NCBI GenBank assembly: GCA_965283675.1
Contig: CBDIPQ010000005.1
Span: forward strand, 91,196-155,195
DNA: 64,000 nt
From: Caulobacteraceae bacterium
GTDB taxonomy: Bacteria; Pseudomonadota; Alphaproteobacteria; Caulobacterales; Caulobacteraceae
Direction of reading: 5' to 3'
Position 1 is the first letter of the stretch. The number at the start of each line of letters is the position of its first letter. Both the position numbers and the translations under genes were made by a program. The notes under the pieces are model-generated. The model worked only from the letters and a program-made list of their open reading frames with translations. It was not told where the DNA came from and ran no database searches. Shown piece by piece: positions 1 to 10,322 of the stretch.

Positions 1-1080
1 GCCGAGGCCCGTGTCCGTCAGGCGCGGGTGCGGCCCAACCCCGTCCTCGGCTTCGATGTCGAGAACGCCTACGGCTCAGGTCCCTATTCAGGCCTGAACA
101 ACGCGGACATGACCTTGGCGCTGAGCCAGGATCTCGAGCTGTGGGGGCGTCGTTCGACGCGTATCGCCGCCGCCCGCGCCGAGGCCGGTGCGGTCGGGCT
201 GCAGCGGGATCTCGCCGTGGTCGACGCCGCCGGCCGTCTCGCCCTCGTCTACGCCGAGGCGGAAGCGGCGCAGAGGCGCGCGACCCTCGCCGAGGAAACC
301 CTGACCCTCACGGTCGCGGACGCCCGCGCCGCCCTGACGCTGGTGGAGGAGGGACGCGAGCCCCTGCTGCGCGGCATCCAGGGCGAGGCCGAGGCCGCCT
401 CGGCCCGCGCTACGCGGGATGAGGCCGTCGCTGAGCGCGACGCCGCCTACGCGCGCCTGACCGCGGTCGCCATGACCCCGGTCGCCGTGACCCGGATCGA
501 CGACAGTCTCCTGGACGAGACGCCCGCGACGATCGGCTCCGTGATCGATGACGCTCCTACGGTCCGCGTGGCCGAGGCGCAGCGGTCCGCAGCCGAACGG
601 CGCATCGATGTTCAACGGGTTCAGGCCCGCCCGGACATCAACGCCAGCATCGGCATCCGCCGCTTCGAGGCGGAGGACGCGACGGCCCTGACCTTCGGGA
701 TCAGCATGCCGTTGCCGCTGTTCGACCGGAACCGGGGGAACATCGAGGCGGCCCAGGCCGAATTTCGCGCGGCCGACGCCCGGCTGATGAGCGCACGGCA
801 GGAGGCCCAGGCGGATCGCGCCGCTGCGGTCGCCCGCCTCGCGGCCTCCGTCAGCCGCGTCAACGCCGCCGACGCCGGCGTCACCGCCGCCGAGGAAGCC
901 TACCGCCTGTCGCGGATCGGCTTCGAGTCCGGCCGGATCTCCCAGGTCGAACTGCGGGTCACCCGCACAGCCCTCGTCAACGCCCGGTCCGCCGCCGTGG
1001 ACGCGCGTCTCGCGCGTGTCCGCGCCGAGATCGATCTCGCGCGCCTCAACGGCCGCGCCCCCTTCGAAGGAGCCCAGTGA
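1..1080 (+). CDS. czcC: TolC-family outer membrane factor of heavy-metal RND system (5' end outside window)
   Basis: Frame open from base 1 (AEARVRQARVRPNP...); OEP-type repeats and LSMPLPLFDRNRGNI motif; GTGA overlap with the adaptor gene. Confidence 0.9.
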   Translation, partial: AEARVRQARVRPNPVLGFDVENAYGSGPYSGLNNADMTLALSQDLELWGRRSTRIAAARAEAGAVGLQRDLAVVDAAGRLALVYAEAEAAQRRATLAEETLTLTVADARAALTLVEEGREPLLRGIQGEAEAASARATRDEAVAERDAAYARLTAVAMTPVAVTRIDDSLLDETPATIGSVIDDAPTVRVAEAQRSAAERRIDVQRVQARPDINASIGIRRFEAEDATALTFGISMPLPLFDRNRGNIEAAQAEFRAADARLMSARQEAQADRAAAVARLAASVSRVNAADAGVTAAEEAYRLSRIGFESGRISQVELRVTRTALVNARSAAVDARLARVRAEIDLARLNGRAPFEGAQ

Positions 1081-2282
1081 TGCGCAAAGGCACATCCAAC
1101 AAGACACTGCTGATCGGCGGCGTCGCCGCCTTGGTCGTACTCGGAGGCGGCGGCCTCTGGTTCGCTACCCGGTCCGCCGAACCGGCTGCGCCGCCGGCCG
1201 CTGAAGGCGAGGCCGGCCATGCCGAAGAGGAGGGCGGACATACCGAGGGCGAGGCCGCCGAGACCGAGACCGAGGGGCGGGTCGAACTGACCGCCGCAGA
1301 AATCCAGGCAGCGGGCATCACGATCGTCGGCGTTGGCGGCGGTGGCGGGGGCGAAACCCGTCTGGCCGGTCGCGTCGAGCCGATGGTCGATTCCCGCGCC
1401 GCCGTCGCCGCTGCCGTCGGCGGGCGCGTCGAGCGGGTCCTCGTCGCCCCGGGCCAGTCGGTCCGGGCGGGCCAGCCGCTCGTCAGCCTCGTCAGCGGCG
1501 AGGCGGCGACCTTCCGCGCCGAGGCCGATGCAGCCGGAGCTTCCGCCGAGGCGGCCCGTCAGGCCTATGAGCGCAATCGCAGCCTGTCGGATCAGGGCAT
1601 CGTCGCGCGTCAGGAAGTCGAAGCGTCACGCGCCCAGTTCCTGAGTGCAGAGGCGCAGACCCGCGCCGCCCGCGCCCGTTCCGCGGCCGCAGGATCGCCG
1701 AACGCCTCGGGACGGCTGAGCGTGACCAGCCCGATCTCCGGTGTGGTCAGCAGCGTTCAGGTCGGACCGGGCGGCTTCGTCGCCCAGGGCGGCGTGGTGG
1801 CTGAGGTCAGCAACCCGGCCCGGGTCGAAATGGTCTTCAACGCGCCGCCGGCCCTGGCGGCCAATGTCCGCGCGGGCTCGCCCATGCGCGTCACCGGCCC
1901 GAACGGGGAGTTCGACGCCGTCGTCACCGGTGTCGCGGCCGACGCCGGTCTCAGCGAGAGCGGTGCGACCGTGATCCGCGCCCGGCCTTCCGGCGCGACC
2001 CTGCCGCCGGCCGGGTCGGCCGTCACCGGCGCGGTCGTGACCGGCCAGGCTGCCGGCGGGATGACCGTTCCCACGGAGGCGGTTCAAACGGTCGACGGGA
2101 ACACCGTCGTCTTCGTTCAGGTCGAGGGCGGCTTCCAGGCCGTGCAGGTACTGGCGGGCCGTCAGGCCGCAGGCCGCACCGAGATCCTGCGGGGACTGAC
2201 CGGCTCCGAACGCGTCGCCTCCGCCAACGCCTTCCTGCTCAAGGCCGAGATGGCCAAGGGCGAAGCCGAGCACGGGCACTAG
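1077..2282 (+). CDS. czcB: Periplasmic adaptor (MFP) of heavy-metal RND efflux system
   Basis: N-terminal TM anchor, His/Glu linker, lipoyl-like VERVLVAPGQSVRAGQPL and SPISGVV motifs, ends GEAEHGH; lies between TolC and RND genes. Confidence 0.92.
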   Translation: MMRKGTSNKTLLIGGVAALVVLGGGGLWFATRSAEPAAPPAAEGEAGHAEEEGGHTEGEAAETETEGRVELTAAEIQAAGITIVGVGGGGGGETRLAGRVEPMVDSRAAVAAAVGGRVERVLVAPGQSVRAGQPLVSLVSGEAATFRAEADAAGASAEAARQAYERNRSLSDQGIVARQEVEASRAQFLSAEAQTRAARARSAAAGSPNASGRLSVTSPISGVVSSVQVGPGGFVAQGGVVAEVSNPARVEMVFNAPPALAANVRAGSPMRVTGPNGEFDAVVTGVAADAGLSESGATVIRARPSGATLPPAGSAVTGAVVTGQAAGGMTVPTEAVQTVDGNTVVFVQVEGGFQAVQVLAGRQAAGRTEILRGLTGSERVASANAFLLKAEMAKGEAEHGH

Positions 2283-2291
2283 GGGGGCGTC

Positions 2292-5200
2292 ATGTTCAAA
2301 GCGATTATCGAAGCCTCGGTTCGCTTCCGATGGTTCGTGGTCCTGGCGACGGCGATTGTCGCCGCCTTCGGCCTCTACAACCTGACGCAGCTACCCATCG
2401 ACGCCGTCCCGGACATCACCAACCGGCAGGTCCAGATCAATACCATCGCCCCGGCGCTCGCGCCCGAGCAGATGGAACGCCAGGTCACCTATCCCCTCGA
2501 AACCGCCATGGCGGGCATTCCGGGGATCCAGACCACCCGGTCGCTGAGCCGAAACGGCTTCAGCCAGGTCACGGTCATCTTCTCCGACAGCACGGACATC
2601 TACTTCGCCCGCCAGCAGGTGGCCGAACGGATGGCCCAGGCGCGCGAGCGACTGCCCGAGGGTGTGGAGCCGGCGCTTGCGCCGATCACCACCGGCCTCG
2701 GCGAAGTCCTCATGTGGACGGTCGACTTCAAGCCGTTCAACAGCGCCAATCTCGCCAAACCGGGTGAGCCCGGCTGGCAGGCCGGCGGCGCCTATCTGAC
2801 GCCCGAAGGCGAACTGCTGACCACGCCACAGGCCCGCGCGACCTATCTCCGCACGGTCCAGGACTGGATCATCGCCCCGCGCATGCGGACCGCGAAGGGC
2901 CTGGCCGGCGTCGATGTGAACGGCGGCTATGTGAAGGAGTATGCGGTTCGGCCCGACGCTGCGCGTCTGGCGGGATACGGCCTGAGCCTCAACGACCTCA
3001 TCGTCGCTCTGGAGCGGGCCAACACCCAGGCCGGTGCGGGCTATGTTCAGCGGTCCGGTGAAGCCCTGACCGTCCGAACCGACGCCCTGGCGCAGACCAT
3101 TCCGGATCTCGCCCAGGCCCCCGTGGTCAACCGCAACGGACTGGTCGTGCGGGTCGCCGATGTCGCCACCGTCGAAATCGGCCAGGCGCCGCGTCTCGGC
3201 GGCGCCAGCCGCGACGGCCACGAAGCGGTCGTCGGTACGGCGCTGATGCTGGCCGGCGGCAACAGCCGGACGGTGGCCCAGGCCGCCGCCGAACGTCTGG
3301 AGGAAGTCTCCGCGAGCCTGCCGCCGAGCGTCGTCGCCGAACCGGTCCTGAACCGGAGTTCGCTCGTCAACAAGACCATCTCGACGGTCGCCAAGAACCT
3401 GATCGAAGGCGCCCTGCTGGTGATCGTGGTTCTGTTCCTGCTCCTGGGCAACATCCGGGCGGCCTCGATTACCGCCCTGATGATCCCGATCAGCTTCCTG
3501 TTCGCGGTCATCGGCATGAACCGCTTCGGCATCAGCGGAAACCTGATGAGCCTCGGCGCGCTGGACTTCGGCCTTCTGGTCGACGGCGCGGTCGTGGTGG
3601 TCGAGAACACCCTGCTGATGCTCAGCCAGAAGCGGGCCGAGGCCGGCCGGATGCTGACGCGTCGGGAACGTCTGGCGGTCGCCGGAGCCGCGGCGCGTCA
3701 GATGGTCAAGCCGGCCGCCTTCGGCCAGCTCATCATCCTGCTGGTCTTCACGCCCCTGCTCATGCTCGAGGGCGTGGAGGGCAAGACCTTCATCCCGATG
3801 GGCGCGACGGTCATGCTGGCCCTGGTCGGCGCCTTCATCTTCTCCTTCACCTTCGTGCCGGCGATGACGGCCCTGCTGGTGCGGGATCCGAAGAAGGTGG
3901 AGGTCGACGAGCACGGCCACGCGCACGAGCACGAGACCTTCATCCTCCGCTATGCGCGCCGATGGATCGAACCGGCCATCCGCGCGGCCGTCGATCGTCC
4001 GAAGATCGTCCTGGCGTCCGCGCTCGGCGCTCTCGTCATCGGCGGCATCGCCTTCAGCACCCTGGGGCGTGAGTTCATCCCGACCCTGGACGAAGGCGAC
4101 ATCGCCATGCAGGCGCTTCGCGTGCCGTCAGCATCGCTGGAGCAATCCCTGGCGATGCAAATGGCGCTCGAGCGCGTCATCAAGGCCCAGCCCGAGGTGA
4201 AGACCATCTTCGCCCGGACCGGGACGGCCGAGGCGGCTGTGGACCCGATGCCGCCGAACATCTCCGATGCGGTCATTGTCCTGAAGGACCGCAAGGAATG
4301 GCCCGATCCGAACCTCCCCAAGGAGGAACTGATCGCGCGCTTCGAAGAGCTCGCCGCCGGCCAGCTCGGCAACAGCTTCGAGTTCAGCCAGCCCATCGAA
4401 CTGCGCTTCAATGAGCTGATCTCCGGCGTCCGGACTGACCTCGCGGTCATGGTCTACGGCGATGACTTCACCCAGCTGCAGGCCACGGCGGACCGGGTCG
4501 CCAACGCCCTTCGCGCGACGCCCGGGTCTGCGGACGTTCGCGTCGAGCAGGCGTCGGGGCTCCCAACCCTGACTGTCAGCGTGGATCGCTTCGCGGCCGC
4601 CAACTACGGCCTGTCCGCCGCCGATGTCTCCGAAGCGGTTTCGGCCGCGGTCGGGGGCGCCGAGGCCGGGCAGATCTTCGAGGGCGATCGCCGCTTCAGC
4701 GTCGTCGTTCGTCTCGCGGATGAAGCCCGGAACGATCCGGCGGCACTCGCGGCCCTGCCGATCACCACCGCTACGGGCGTGACGGTTCCGCTCTCCTCCG
4801 TCGCCCGCATCCAGGTGGCCGAGGGGCAGAACCAGATCAGCCGCAATGACGGCAGCCGGCGGATGGTGGTTCAAGCCAACGTTCGCGGGCGCGATCTGGG
4901 CGGCTTTGTCACCGAGGCCCAGGCGAAGGTGCAGTCTGAGGTCGATCTCCCCACCGGCTACTCCCTGACCTGGGGTGGGCAGTTCGAGAACCTGAAACGG
5001 GCCGAACAGCGTCTGGGCCTGGTCATTCCCATCGTCTTCATCCTGATCGGCGTCCTGCTGTTCATGGCGTTGGGATCCTTCGCGGAGGCGGGACTGGTGT
5101 TCGCCTGCGTGCCTCTGGCCCTGATCGGCGGCGCCTTGGCGCTCGTCCTCAGGGGGATGCCCTTCTCGGTTTCGGCGGCGGTCGGCTTCATCGCCGTATC

Positions 5201-5516
5201 CGGTGTCGCGACCCTGAACGGGCTGGTGCTGATGCAGGCCATTCGGGAACGCCTGACAGGCGGCGCCGACCCACGCCTCGCCGCCATCGAAGGGGCGACG
5301 AGCCGGCTGCGCGCCGTCCTGACCACGGCCCTGGTCGCCATCGTCGGCTTCATTCCGATGGCGTTCGCCCACGGTGCCGGGGCGGAGGTGCAGAAGCCTC
5401 TGGCCACCGTCGTAATCGGCGGCCTGCTGACGGCGACGGCCTTGACCCTGCTGGTCCTGCCGACCTTCGCGGCCAAGGCCGTGAAGCACCGCAAGGCTGA
5501 AGGGCTCGAGGAATGA
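2292..5516 (+). CDS. czcA: CzcA/CusA-family heavy-metal efflux RND permease
   Basis: 1074 aa; LPIDAVPDIT N-terminus, ALDFGLLVDGAVVVVEN TM4 motif, [16 protein letters not shown]-terminus. Confidence 0.95.
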   Translation: MFKAIIEASVRFRWFVVLATAIVAAFGLYNLTQLPIDAVPDITNRQVQINTIAPALAPEQMERQVTYPLETAMAGIPGIQTTRSLSRNGFSQVTVIFSDSTDIYFARQQVAERMAQARERLPEGVEPALAPITTGLGEVLMWTVDFKPFNSANLAKPGEPGWQAGGAYLTPEGELLTTPQARATYLRTVQDWIIAPRMRTAKGLAGVDVNGGYVKEYAVRPDAARLAGYGLSLNDLIVALERANTQAGAGYVQRSGEALTVRTDALAQTIPDLAQAPVVNRNGLVVRVADVATVEIGQAPRLGGASRDGHEAVVGTALMLAGGNSRTVAQAAAERLEEVSASLPPSVVAEPVLNRSSLVNKTISTVAKNLIEGALLVIVVLFLLLGNIRAASITALMIPISFLFAVIGMNRFGISGNLMSLGALDFGLLVDGAVVVVENTLLMLSQKRAEAGRMLTRRERLAVAGAAARQMVKPAAFGQLIILLVFTPLLMLEGVEGKTFIPMGATVMLALVGAFIFSFTFVPAMTALLVRDPKKVEVDEHGHAHEHETFILRYARRWIEPAIRAAVDRPKIVLASALGALVIGGIAFSTLGREFIPTLDEGDIAMQALRVPSASLEQSLAMQMALERVIKAQPEVKTIFARTGTAEAAVDPMPPNISDAVIVLKDRKEWPDPNLPKEELIARFEELAAGQLGNSFEFSQPIELRFNELISGVRTDLAVMVYGDDFTQLQATADRVANALRATPGSADVRVEQASGLPTLTVSVDRFAAANYGLSAADVSEAVSAAVGGAEAGQIFEGDRRFSVVVRLADEARNDPAALAALPITTATGVTVPLSSVARIQVAEGQNQISRNDGSRRMVVQANVRGRDLGGFVTEAQAKVQSEVDLPTGYSLTWGGQFENLKRAEQRLGLVIPIVFILIGVLLFMALGSFAEAGLVFACVPLALIGGALALVLRGMPFSVSAAVGFIAVSGVATLNGLVLMQAIRERLTGGADPRLAAIEGATSRLRAVLTTALVAIVGFIPMAFAHGAGAEVQKPLATVVIGGLLTATALTLLVLPTFAAKAVKHRKAEGLEE

Positions 5517-6112
5517 GCGAGGCCCACGCAACGGAGCAGGTCCAGCGCCGCACCCTCCTCACGGTGCTGGTCCTGAACGCCCTGTTGTTCGTGGGCCTGG
5601 GAGTCGGCGGCATCGCCGCCGACTCCAGCGCCCTGCTGGCCAATGCGGTCGACAACGGTTCGGACGCGGCGGTCTATCTGATCAGCTTCCTGGCGGTCGG
5701 ACGCGCCCTGGTCTGGAAGACGGGGGCGGCGCGAGCCTCAGGCGTCATGCTCCTGATTTTCGCCGTCCTCGTCCTGCTCGACGCGCTGCGGCGGACCCTC
5801 ACCGCGACCGAGCCAGTCGGCCCGACCATGATGGTCCTCGCGGTTGTGGCCGCCGTCATCAACCTCGTCTGCCTGCTGCTGATCCGTCGGCAGCACAGCG
5901 GCGACGTCAACATGAAGGCCGCCGAGACCTTCAGTCTCAACGACTTCGCGTCCAACGGCGGCATCCTCGTCGCGGGCGGTCTCGTCATGTGGCTCGACCA
6001 GTCGTGGCCGGACCTTCTCGTCGGCGTTCTGGTCGCCGCAATCGCCGCCAAGGGCGGCATCGACATCCTGCGCGATGCGCGCAAGGCCTCTGACACAGGA
6101 GCGGCCCAGTGA
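5513..6112 (+). CDS. Short cation diffusion facilitator (CDF) transporter lacking the cytosolic C-terminal domain
   Basis: DSSALLANAVDNGSD and NDFASNGGILVAG motifs, WPDLLVG; ATGA overlap with czcA. Confidence 0.85.
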   Translation: MSEAHATEQVQRRTLLTVLVLNALLFVGLGVGGIAADSSALLANAVDNGSDAAVYLISFLAVGRALVWKTGAARASGVMLLIFAVLVLLDALRRTLTATEPVGPTMMVLAVVAAVINLVCLLLIRRQHSGDVNMKAAETFSLNDFASNGGILVAGGLVMWLDQSWPDLLVGVLVAAIAAKGGIDILRDARKASDTGAAQ

Positions 6113-6753
6113 GCCCGTTGCTGCCTCACGATCTCCACCCCGGTGGAGCCTCAGCTCCCGACCTCGCACGGGTCCAGCGCTGGCGGAAACTCTTCATCCT
6201 CGTCGGCCTGTTCGCCCTCATCACCTGGACGGCGCTGGTCGAACCCACGCCCGTTCTCGAACATCCGGTGGAGCATCTCGGTCTGATCGCCATCATGCTG
6301 TGCGTGATCGGGCGAGCCTGGTGCTCCCTCTATATCGGCGGCCGAAAGAAGCAGGAGATCGTTTCGGCGGGACCCTACTCCCTGTGCCGGAACCCCCTCT
6401 ACCTGTTCAGCTTCATCGGGGCGTTCGGGATCGGCGCCCAGACAGGCAGCGCCACGGTCGGACTGGGCTTCGCCCTGGCCTGCTGGATCGTGTTCCGCAC
6501 CGTCGTCGGGCGCGAAGAAGCCTATCTGAGCGAGACCTTCGGGGAGGTCTATGACGACTATCGCCGTCGTACGCCGCGCTTCTGGCCCGACCTGCGAGCC
6601 TGGCGCGACGAGCCCGAGCTCTCGGTGCGACCCGCCTTCTTCCTGCGCACCGTCCGCGACGGCCTCGTCTTCCTGCTGGCGATGCCGGTGTTCGAGTCCC
6701 TCGAGCGCCTGCAGCAGATCGGCTGGTTCGACGCCGTCCTGCGCCTGCCCTGA
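6109..6753 (+). CDS. Isoprenylcysteine carboxylmethyltransferase / PEMT-family membrane methyltransferase
   Basis: GPYSLCRNPLY and EEAYL...FGEVYDDY...TPRFWP motifs; GTGA overlap with CDF gene. Confidence 0.88.
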   Translation: MSPLLPHDLHPGGASAPDLARVQRWRKLFILVGLFALITWTALVEPTPVLEHPVEHLGLIAIMLCVIGRAWCSLYIGGRKKQEIVSAGPYSLCRNPLYLFSFIGAFGIGAQTGSATVGLGFALACWIVFRTVVGREEAYLSETFGEVYDDYRRRTPRFWPDLRAWRDEPELSVRPAFFLRTVRDGLVFLLAMPVFESLERLQQIGWFDAVLRLP

Positions 6754-6927
6754 CCGGAGGGCTTCGGATGACCCGCAAACGTCTCGTGACGCTCCTTTCG
6801 GCCGGCTTGGCAGCCGCAGCCTTCGCCGCCGGGGCGGCGGCGCGCCTCGCCTGGACGGGGCCGGAACCGCGTCGCCCGACCGAAGCCCCGCAACGCCCAT
6901 CGCCTTCCGCTCCTGTGGAGTTCGACC

Positions 6928-9431
6928 ATGCCTAAGACCGTCAAACTGGATCTGCCCGTTCTCCTTCCGGGTGCGCCCGACGCCTCCGACGCCTGTGTCG
7001 GCAGACTGATCAGTCTGTTGCGCATCACCGACGGAGTCGAAAAGGCGCACGTCGAGGAAACGGATGACGGACCGAAACTGTGTATCCACTACGATCCGGA
7101 GCGGCTTTCCCTCGCCCAGGTTCGCCGTGCGGCCACACAGGCCGGGGGATCGGTCAGCGATCGCTACGATCACCTGACCGGCTGGGTCGAAGGGGTGCGC
7201 CACGCGCGGCATGCGAGGACGCTGGAGGCGGCGCTGGCCGCAGAGCCCGGCGTGCTGCAGGCGGCGCTCGACGCTTCAGGAGCTATCCGGGTCGAGTTCG
7301 ACCGGCAGAAACTGGAGCGCACAGACCTCGAGGCGCGGCTTCGGGGCCATGGTCTGCAACTCTCGGCGAAGCCCCAAGCCACGGTCTCCGTGGACAGCGG
7401 CCACGGTCAGGACGGCAAAGCCGGCGAGGCGGGGCATGAAGGGCACAATCACGCGGCCGGGGACAGGCACGACCATGCCCATGGTGGTTTGCTGGGGCCG
7501 AACACCGAGCTGTATTTCGCTCTCGCCAGCGGCGGCGCTCTCGCCGTCGGCTATCTGATCGAACGGTTCGCGCCCGGTGTTCCCGGGTGGGCTCCACTGG
7601 TCCTCTTCCTTGCGGCCTATCTGTTCGGAGGCTTCTTCACCGTCCGCGAGGCGGTCGAGAACCTGAAGCGACGCCGCTTCGAGATCGACACCCTCATGCT
7701 GGTCGCGGCGGCGGGTGCGGCCGCCTTGGGCGCATGGGCCGAGGGGGCCTTGCTGCTCTTCCTGTTCAGCTTGGGTCACGCTTTGGAGCATTACGCGCTC
7801 GGGCGGGCGAAGCGGGCGATCGAGGCGCTGGCCGCCCTGGCGCCTCGCACCGCGCATGTGCGTCGCGGCGAAGAGGTCGTGGAGCTTCCGGTCGAGGACC
7901 TGGAGATCGGCGATGTCGTCGTGGTGCGCCCGAACGAGCGCCTGCCGGCCGACGGCTTCGTGGTCGTCGGGACGACCAGCATCAATCAGGCCCCGGTCAC
8001 CGGCGAAAGCATGCCGGTGGACAAGCAGCCTGTGTCGAACGCGGAAGAGGCGAGGGCGCGTCCAGCGGGCGTCATCGCCGCCTCGGTCGTGTTCGCGGGG
8101 ACCATAAATGGCGCGGGCGCCATCGAGATCGAGACGACCAAACGATCGAGCGACACCACCCTCGCCAAGGTGGTGCGGATGGTCAGCGAAGCGGAGACGC
8201 AGAAGTCGCCGACGCAGAGGTTCACCGACCGGTTCGAAAAATCTTCGTACCCCTCGTGCTGGCCCTGGCCTTCGTCCTGCTGTTCGCCTGGGTCGTCGTC
8301 GACGAGCCTTTCCGCGACAGCTTCTACCGGGCCATGGCCGTGCTCGTGGCGGCCAGCCCCTGTGCCCTGGCCATCGCAACGCCCAGCGCGGTTCTGTCGG
8401 GTGTCGCCCGCGCGGCCCGCGCCGGCGTGCTCATCAAGGGCGGCGCGCCGTTGGAGAATCTGGGTGCGCTCGACGCCATCGCCTTCGACAAGACCGGCAC
8501 CCTGACCGAGGGGCGACCCCGGATCACCGACGTTGTTCCGCTCGGACGGACCTCGCAAACCGATCTCCTGACGGTCGCCGTCGCCGTCGAGCGGCTCAGT
8601 GACCATCCCCTCGCGGAGGCGATCGTCCGCGACGGGAGCCAGCGCCTGATCGCGGCTCCTGTGCAGACCGCGACGGATCTCCGCAGCCTGACGGGAAAGG
8701 GCGTCACCGCGACACTGAACGGCGAGACGATCTGGATCGGCAAGCCGGAGATGTTCGGGGCGGATGGCGTCGCGCCGCTGGGTCCCGACGCCGAGATCGC
8801 CGTCGCGGCCCTGCGCAACCAGGGCCGCACCCTCATGGTGGTTCGCCAGGGCTCACACGACTTGGGCGTGATCGGCCTGCTCGACACACCGCGTAAGAGG
8901 GCGCGCGAAACGCTCACGGCTCTGAGGGCCCTCGGCATCCGTCGGATGATCATGATCTCGGGCGACCATCAGAGGGCTGCCCAGGCCGTCGCCGGACAGG
9001 TCGGCTTGACCGAGGCTTGGGGCGACCTCCTGCCGGAAGACAAGGTCGAGGCGATCAGGAAGCTTCGGGCCGAAGCCCAGGTGGCCATGGTGGGAGATGG
9101 CGTCAACGACGCCCCCGCCATGGCCACGGCGACCGTCGGCGTCGCCATGGGAGCGGCGGGGTCGGACGTCGCGCTGGAAACGGCGGACGTGGCCCTGATG
9201 GCGGACGATCTGTCCAAGCTGCCCTTCACGGTCGGCCTCAGTCGGCAGACCCGCCGGATCATCCGCCAGAACCTCTTCGTCAGCCTCGGCGTCGTCGCCT
9301 TCCTCGTCCCGGCCACCATTCTCGGTCTCGGGATCGGGCCGGCCGTCGCCCTGCACGAAGGCTCGACGCTCCTCGTCGTCTTCAACGCCCTGCGGCTGCT
9401 GGCCTGGCGCGATCCGCGCGCAGAGCCCTGA
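6928..9431 (+). CDS. Heavy-metal translocating P1B-type ATPase (SPC/HEGS, P1B-4-like); one frameshift at about 8237-8241
   Basis: [33 protein letters not shown] and HEGSTLLV motifs; adding one A to the A5 run joins ORF 6928.. (FTDRFEK) to ORF ..9431 (IFVPLV). Confidence 0.92.
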
Positions 9432-9459
9432 CCCTCAAATCCCAGAAAAGGAGACTTCC

Positions 9460-9900
9460 ATGAAACGGTCCGGATGGGTCGGCGTGATTGCGCTGTTTCT
9501 TCTCATATCGGCCTTCGGCTTCGGGATGCTGTCCCGCCAGAACGCGACCCGACCTCAGGCGGGCACGCCCGTCGATGCGCGTCCGATCGACGCCCATGCG
9601 GGTCATGCCGACGCCGCGGCGGACAGTCCGGCCACCCGCTCCTTCAAGGAGGCCAACGAGCGCATGCACCTGGCCATGGAGATCGACTACAGCGGCGACG
9701 CCGATGTCGACTTCATGCGCGGGATGATCGCCCACCATGAGGGAGCGGTCGCGATGGCCCGGATCGCCCTGGAGCACGGGAAGGACGCCGAGGTTCGCGG
9801 GCTCGCCGAAGAGGTGATCCGCACCCAGGAAGCAGAGATCGTCCGCATGCGTGTGTGGCTCGCCAACCGCGCCGGGCGTCCCGTCGAGCCGGCGGTCTAG
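9460..9900 (+). CDS. DUF305 (CopM-like) metal-binding exported protein
   Basis: AGGAG RBS; N-terminal hydrophobic segment; [19 protein letters not shown] motif. Confidence 0.88.
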   Translation: MKRSGWVGVIALFLLISAFGFGMLSRQNATRPQAGTPVDARPIDAHAGHADAAADSPATRSFKEANERMHLAMEIDYSGDADVDFMRGMIAHHEGAVAMARIALEHGKDAEVRGLAEEVIRTQEAEIVRMRVWLANRAGRPVEPAV

Positions 9901-9903
9901 ATC

Positions 9904-10320
9904 ATGGGCGGAAAACGCTCCCCGATCCGTAGTCACGCCCCCCGATGGCGGCCAGGCCGGTATCGCCCTCGGGGGCGGACACAACGTCGGGTTCGGCCGT
10001 TCGATCCCGTTCCAGATACCCTGATCGCCCTCGCCGGCAGCCTCGTCGCAGGCCTGGTCGTCTGCGTCATCGCCGTGCCGCTCGCATCGCTCTACCGGAT
10101 ACCGATGTATCTCCCCTACGGGGCGCTGATGCTTTTGTTGACCTTCATGACCTACCGTGTCGCCGGACGAGACAAGGCGGGACGGGTTATGGCGGGGGTG
10201 ATGGCGGTGGTCTGCGTTCTTGGGTCGGCTGCGCTCTTCCTCGGGCGCGACCAGATTGTCCTCGGGTCCCGTCACCACCACGATACCCCCGGCCCGGTCG
10301 CCGCAACGCGCGCGGACTGA
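9904..10320 (+). CDS. Small hypothetical membrane protein (about 3 TM, HHH tail); start uncertain
   Basis: Fills the gap between DUF305 and acyltransferase on the same strand; hydrophobic segments. Confidence 0.55.
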   Translation: MGGKRSPIRSHAPRWRPGRYRPRGRTQRRVRPFDPVPDTLIALAGSLVAGLVVCVIAVPLASLYRIPMYLPYGALMLLLTFMTYRVAGRDKAGRVMAGVMAVVCVLGSAALFLGRDQIVLGSRHHHDTPGPVAATRAD

Positions 10321-10322
10321 CG

